From: an uncultured Rubrivivax sp.
GTDB lineage: Bacteria > Pseudomonadota > Gammaproteobacteria > Burkholderiales > Burkholderiaceae_C
Direction of reading: 5' to 3'
NCBI GenBank assembly: GCA_964433315.1
Contig: CAYSQO010000001.1
Coordinates: 59,871-123,870 of the forward strand
DNA: 64,000 bases
In this document: positions 59,130 to 64,000 of the stretch, piece by piece
Position numbering within the stretch: the first letter of the stretch is position 1
Layout of the letters: every line of letters starts with the position of its first letter
The notes under the pieces: generated by a model
Database searches by the model: none
Seen by the model: only the letters and a program-made list of their open reading frames with translations
Told to the model about the DNA's origin: nothing
Translations under genes and position numbers: made by a program

Positions 59130-62100
59130 ATGGGCCTGGACACGCGCAAGCCCCTGCGGGGGCTGGGGAGCAGCTTTGCCTTCGGCGTGACGCTGCTGCT
59201 GGTGCTGGCGGTGATGCTGCCGCTGGTGGCCGTGCCGCTGGACTGGCAGGGCCAGACCCTGGTCTCGCTGCTGCTGTTCGCCTTTGCCTGGATCACCGCG
59301 CGGCGCATGCAGGGCCGGCGCTGGGCCACGCTGGTGCTGATCGGCCTGTCGATCTTCCTGACCTCGCGCTACGCCTACTGGCGCTTCACCGAGACCCTGG
59401 GCTTCGGCGATCCGCGCTACGGCTGGGTGGACCACGTGGCCACCTTCGCCCTGCTGGGCGCCGAGGTCTACGCCTGGATCATCCTCTTCCTCGGCTACAT
59501 CCAGACGGCGCGGCCGCTCAACCGCAAGCCCGTGCCCATCGAGCGGCCGCTTGAAGACTGGCCGCATGTCGACGTCTACATCCCCACCTACAACGAGCCG
59601 CTGTCGGTGGTGGAGCCGACCATCATCGCCGCGCTGCACATCGACTGGCCGCGCGACAAGCTGCATGTCCACGTGCTCGACGACGGCACGCGCGAGGAGT
59701 TCCGCGCCTTCGCCGAGCGGGTCGGCGCGGGCTACATCATCCGCGCGCAGCACACCCACGCGAAGGCCGGCAACCTCAACCACGCGATGACGCAGACCAA
59801 GGGCGAGTTCATCGCCATCTTCGACTGCGACCACGTGCCGGCCCGCTCCTTCCTGCAGGTCACCATGGGCTGGATGCTGCGCGACCCGAAGATCGCGCTG
59901 CTGCAGACGCCCCACCACTTCTATTCGCCCGACCCCTTCGAGCGCAACCTCGGCCTCTTCCACGTCGTGCCCAACGAGGGCGAGCTGTTCTACGGCATCG
60001 TGCAGGACGGCAACGACCTCTGGGACGCCACCTTCTTCTGCGGCTCCTGCGCCGTCATGCGCCGCGACGCGCTGGAAGGCATCGGCGGCATCGCCGTGGA
60101 GACCGTCACCGAGGACGCCCACACCGCGCTGAAGCTGCAGCGCCTGGGCTGGCGCACGGCCTACCTGAACATCCCGCAGGCCGCCGGCCTGGCCACCGAG
60201 AACCTCGCCAGCCACGTGGGCCAGCGCATCCGCTGGGCGCGCGGCATGACGCAGATCTTCCGCATCGACAACCCGCTGTTCGGCCGCGGGCTGTCGATCT
60301 GGCAGCGCCTGTGCTACCTCAACGCCATGGCGCACTTCCTGTTCTCGATCCCGCGCCTGGTCTTCCTCACCGCGCCGCTGGCCTTCCTGCTGCTCGACCT
60401 GCGGGTGCTGAGCGCCTATGCGCTGACCTTCGCCGCCTACTCGCTGCCCCACCTGGTGCTGGCCAACATGACCAACTCCATCATCCAGGGCAGCCACCGC
60501 CACTCCTTCTGGAGCGAGGTCTACGAGACCGTGCTGGCGCCCTACATCCTGCTGCCGACGCTGCTGGCGCTCATCAACCCCAAGCTCGGCAAGTTCAACG
60601 TCACCGCCAAGGGCGGCCTGATCGAGAAGGCCTACTTCGACCGCCGCATCGCGCGGCCCTACATGATCCTGTGGGGCCTGAACTTCGCTGGCCTGGTGGC
60701 AGCCGCGGTGCGCCTGGGCCTGGGGGCCGGCGAGGAGACCGCCACCGTCTGGATGACGGCCCTCTGGACCGTCTACAACATGGTGATCATCGGCGCCGTG
60801 CTGGCCGTGGCGCGCGAGCAGCGCCAGCTGCGCGAGCACGTGCGCGTGCCGCTCGCGGTGCCGGTGGCCCTGAGCGGCCCGGGCGGCCTGCAGCCGGCCC
60901 GCACCCTGGACATGTCCGACGGCGGCCTCAGCCTGCGCAGCCTGGACCCGCAGCGGCCGCTGGCCTTCGAGGAGGGCAGCGAGCTGGTGCTCGACTGGAG
61001 CGGCGAGACCCACCACCTGCCCGTGCGCTGGGTGGCCGGCGACGGCGCCTCCGCCCCCATGCGCCTGGCCTTCCGAGATCTGCAACTTCCGGAGCGTGTG
61101 AACGTGGTCCGACTCCTCTACACCCGCGCCGACGCCTGGTTGGGCCTGGGCGAATCGCGCGAGCCGGACCGGCCGCTCGCCAGCCTGGGCCTGCTGGCGC
61201 GCCTGGCCTGGCGCGGCAGCCGGGGCATGGTGGCCAGCCTCTTCGGCGGGCGCAGCACGCGCCCGGCCGCCGCCCTGCTGGCCGTCGGCCTGGCCGGCCT
61301 GGCCGGCGGACCGGCCCCGGTCGAAGCCGCCCCGGCCCGCCGGTCGGCCCCGCCGGTGGAGATCGTCGAGCCGGCCCCGCCGCCCGGCCCCGGCTTCACC
61401 GGCCAGTGGACGCTGGCGCAGATGGGCCTGCGGCAGGGGCTGCGGCTGACCGGCGTCAACGGCCAGCAGGCGCTGTACTTCGACGTGCCGCAGGAGAAGC
61501 TGGTGCGCTCGGCCAGCGTGACCGTGCGGCTGCGCCACTCGCCCGCGCTGCTGGCCAAGCTCAGCCAGATCAACGTCTACCTCAACGGCTCGCTGCAGGC
61601 CACTTACGCCGTCCCCGCGTCCGCCGAAGGCGCCGCCGCGGCCAGCGGCAAGCTCGACACCCGCGTGTTCGAGGTGCCGCTCGACGTGTACGCCCTCAAG
61701 GGCAGCAACAGCCTGTCCTTCCAGCTGCTGGGCCACTACACCCTGACCTGCGAAGACCCGGCGCACAGCGCGCTGTGGGCCGAGATCCTGCCCGACACCC
61801 TGCTGCGCCTGGAGGGCAGCCTGCTGCGCCTGAGCGACCGCCTGCGCCGCCTGCCCGCTCCCTTCCTGCAGCGCTGGGGCCAGGGCCAGCCCGATCCGGT
61901 CCAGGTGCAGCTGCCGGCCAACCCGGGCGGACCGGTGCTGGAAGCCGCGGGCATCGTCGCCTCCTGGATCGGCACCACCGCGCGCAATGCCACGCCGCGC
62001 TTCCGCGTGGCCGAGGGCGCCGGCCTGCCGCGCGGCCATGTCATCGCCCTGCTCAGCAGCGCCGCCGGCCTGCCCGCCTGGGCCGAGGCCATGGGCCTGC

Positions 62101-63545
62101 CGCAGGCCACCGGGCCGATGCTGCTCGTGCGCGATCACCCCAGCGACGGCGGCAGCTCGGTGCTGCTGCTCTACGGCCGGCATGGCGAGGACCTGCGCAC
62201 CGCCGCCCAGGCCCTGGCCCTGGGCCAGCACGGCCTGGCCGGCGACGAGACCCTGGTCCGCGAGCTGAACCTGCCCGCCCCGCGCGGCGTGAACGACGCG
62301 CCGCGCTGGGCCTCCACCACCCGGCCGATCAAGTTCGGCGAGCTGGTCGAGCTGGAGCGCCTGCAGGTCAGCAACGCCGGCTATGTGAACGTGCCCTTCC
62401 AGCTGCCGCCGGACCTGTTCTTCTGGAACCGCAAGTCCGCGCCCCTGACCCTGGCCTACACCTACAACCCGACGCCGCTGGGCAAGCAGTCGGCGCTGAC
62501 GGTGAATGTGAACGAGCTCTTCGCCGGCTCCTCGCCGCTGAGCGGTTCGCTGGATGCCGCGTCCAAGGCGGTCGAGTACACCATCGGCCTGCCCACCGAC
62601 CGCCTCTACCCGCAGGACAACAAGCTCGACATCTACTTCGGCTTCCAGATCGCGAAGGAGGGCGAGTGCAAGGACACCACGCCCGACACCCTGCGCGGCG
62701 CGCTGCTGGCCGATTCGCAGCTGGACCTGGTCGGCGTGCCGCACTTCATCCAGCTCCCCAACCTGGCCGTCTTCGGCAACGGCGGCTACCCCTACTCGCG
62801 CCACGCCGACTTCGGTCGCACCGCCGTCGTCATGGGCGAGACGGTCAGCCCCGGCGCGGCCTCGCTCTTCCTCGGCCTCATGGCGCACTGGGGGGGCCAG
62901 ACCGGCTACCCCGCCCTGCGCCTGAGCGTGCTGGGCCCGGCCGAGGCCGCGGCCCAGGGCGACAAGGACCTGATCGTGCTCGGCGAGCCCGGCCGCCAGC
63001 CCCTGCTTTCCAGCTGGGGCGAGCACCTGCCGCTGCGCGTCGGCAGCTCGGGCGGCGTGCAGCAGCAGGAGCTGGTCTGGAGCTGGAGCCGCCTGGCCCG
63101 CCTGCAGCCCTGGTGGCAGACGGTCGACGGCGAAGTCGGCGCCGGCGCGCTCGGCCAGCTGCTGGGGCAGGGCGTCTGGCCGCAGGCCCTGATCCAGCAG
63201 ATCGTCTCGCCGCTCAACGGCCAGCGCAGCGCCTCGCTGCTGATCGCCCGCGACGCCGAGGGCTGGAACCTGCTCGCCCATGCCCTGCTCGACGGCGAGG
63301 CCCGCGCCGGCGTGTTCGGCAACGTCTCGGTGCTGACCGGCGACGGCAAGACCCGCTCCTTCATCGTCGAGTCGCCTACCTACACCGTGGGCGAGCTGCC
63401 GGCCTGGACCTGGCTGAGCTGGCGCCTGCACCACGCCCCCTGGGTGCTGGCCCTGGTCGTGGCCGCCGTGGCCCTGCTGCAGGCCTTCATCGTCGGCATC
63501 TGGCTGCGCCGCCGCGGCCGTCGCCGCCTGGGAGAGAAGGCTTGA
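59130..63545 (+). CDS. bcsAB: Fused cellulose synthase BcsA-BcsB
   Basis: PTYNE, DDG, HAKAGN, FDCD, FFCGS, TED, QRIRW; PilZ RxxxR and DMSDGG; then BcsB (LPPDLF, LPNL..F.N.GYPYSR, C-terminal TM). Confidence 0.92.
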   Translation: MGLDTRKPLRGLGSSFAFGVTLLLVLAVMLPLVAVPLDWQGQTLVSLLLFAFAWITARRMQGRRWATLVLIGLSIFLTSRYAYWRFTETLGFGDPRYGWVDHVATFALLGAEVYAWIILFLGYIQTARPLNRKPVPIERPLEDWPHVDVYIPTYNEPLSVVEPTIIAALHIDWPRDKLHVHVLDDGTREEFRAFAERVGAGYIIRAQHTHAKAGNLNHAMTQTKGEFIAIFDCDHVPARSFLQVTMGWMLRDPKIALLQTPHHFYSPDPFERNLGLFHVVPNEGELFYGIVQDGNDLWDATFFCGSCAVMRRDALEGIGGIAVETVTEDAHTALKLQRLGWRTAYLNIPQAAGLATENLASHVGQRIRWARGMTQIFRIDNPLFGRGLSIWQRLCYLNAMAHFLFSIPRLVFLTAPLAFLLLDLRVLSAYALTFAAYSLPHLVLANMTNSIIQGSHRHSFWSEVYETVLAPYILLPTLLALINPKLGKFNVTAKGGLIEKAYFDRRIARPYMILWGLNFAGLVAAAVRLGLGAGEETATVWMTALWTVYNMVIIGAVLAVAREQRQLREHVRVPLAVPVALSGPGGLQPARTLDMSDGGLSLRSLDPQRPLAFEEGSELVLDWSGETHHLPVRWVAGDGASAPMRLAFRDLQLPERVNVVRLLYTRADAWLGLGESREPDRPLASLGLLARLAWRGSRGMVASLFGGRSTRPAAALLAVGLAGLAGGPAPVEAAPARRSAPPVEIVEPAPPPGPGFTGQWTLAQMGLRQGLRLTGVNGQQALYFDVPQEKLVRSASVTVRLRHSPALLAKLSQINVYLNGSLQATYAVPASAEGAAAASGKLDTRVFEVPLDVYALKGSNSLSFQLLGHYTLTCEDPAHSALWAEILPDTLLRLEGSLLRLSDRLRRLPAPFLQRWGQGQPDPVQVQLPANPGGPVLEAAGIVASWIGTTARNATPRFRVAEGAGLPRGHVIALLSSAAGLPAWAEAMGLPQATGPMLLVRDHPSDGGSSVLLLYGRHGEDLRTAAQALALGQHGLAGDETLVRELNLPAPRGVNDAPRWASTTRPIKFGELVELERLQVSNAGYVNVPFQLPPDLFFWNRKSAPLTLAYTYNPTPLGKQSALTVNVNELFAGSSPLSGSLDAASKAVEYTIGLPTDRLYPQDNKLDIYFGFQIAKEGECKDTTPDTLRGALLADSQLDLVGVPHFIQLPNLAVFGNGGYPYSRHADFGRTAVVMGETVSPGAASLFLGLMAHWGGQTGYPALRLSVLGPAEAAAQGDKDLIVLGEPGRQPLLSSWGEHLPLRVGSSGGVQQQELVWSWSRLARLQPWWQTVDGEVGAGALGQLLGQGVWPQALIQQIVSPLNGQRSASLLIARDAEGWNLLAHALLDGEARAGVFGNVSVLTGDGKTRSFIVESPTYTVGELPAWTWLSWRLHHAPWVLALVVAAVALLQAFIVGIWLRRRGRRRLGEKA

Positions 63546-64000
63546 TGCGCGCCTGGTTGCTGGCCCTGCTGGTGCTGGCGCTGCCGGGCTGCGCCCCGGC
63601 AGCCTCCGGCCCCGAATGGCACGCCAGTTGGCGCGCCTACAAGAAGGACTTCCTCAGCCCCGACGGCCGCATCGTCGACCCGCTGGGCCAGGTCACCACC
63701 TCGGAGGGCCAGGCCTACGGCATGTTCTTCGCGCTGGTCGCCGACGACCGCGTCACCTTCGACCGCCTGCTGGCCTGGACCCAGGCCAACCTGGCCGGCG
63801 GCGACCTCAGCCGCCAGCTGCCGGCCTGGCGCTGGGGCCAGCTGGGCGGCGAGCGCTGGGGCGTGCTCGACGAGAACAGCGCCTCCGACGCCGACCTCTG
63901 GATGGCCTACGCCCTGCTGGAGGCCGAGCGCCTGTGGAAGCAGCCGCGCCATGGCCAGATCGCCCGCGCGCTGCTGGCCCTCATCGCGCGCGACGAGGTG
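63545..64000 (+). CDS. bcsZ: GH8 endoglucanase BcsZ (partial, runs off window)
   Basis: TTSEGQAYGMFFAL, LPAWRWG, NSASDADLW. Confidence 0.92.
   Translation, partial: MRAWLLALLVLALPGCAPAASGPEWHASWRAYKKDFLSPDGRIVDPLGQVTTSEGQAYGMFFALVADDRVTFDRLLAWTQANLAGGDLSRQLPAWRWGQLGGERWGVLDENSASDADLWMAYALLEAERLWKQPRHGQIARALLALIARDEV

Noticed and set aside
57543-63434. 1963-aa minus-strand ORF
   Set aside because: Antisense shadow of the high-GC bcsQ/bcsAB genes, with no motifs; such shadows are expected at this GC3

Overview
This is a high-GC window, probably from a Burkholderiales-type betaproteobacterium (inferred from gene content). It has three blocks. (1) 1-35442 is the right part of a large integrated ICE/plasmid-like element, ending at a copy of the tRNA-His 3' end (TCCCATCAGCCACCCCA). 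Its cargo is an ABC/MFP/OMF efflux operon with TetR and an AraC/protoglobin/redoxin cassette. It also has a radC leading-region-like cluster, a Shango-type defence operon whose helicase is fused to an ADP-ribosylglycohydrolase, and ParB. A RIT element is inserted at the catalytic Tyr codon of a resident integrase. Next come a ParM operon containing an apparently split, membrane-anchored Cas4-like nuclease and a toxin-like/IrrE-like gene pair. (2) 35443-49403 is a ~14 kb second element integrated in tandem at the same att sequence. It carries an integrase, a P-loop replication protein, an MmeI-like type IIG R-M enzyme, AlpA, a wHTH/PD-(D/E)XK relaxase-like protein, ArdC and an OLD-like ATPase-TOPRIM protein. 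(3) 49404-64000 is host chromosome, with a CzcICBA-like metal efflux cluster and a cellulose operon with fused BcsP/R-BcsQ, fused BcsA-BcsB, and bcsZ. The strongest novelty candidates are the Shango-ARH fusion, the split Cas4/CFI-box pair in the ParM operon, the frame-restoring RIT insertion, and a dispersed identical 23-bp motif. All family calls come from motif recognition by eye; no database searches were run.
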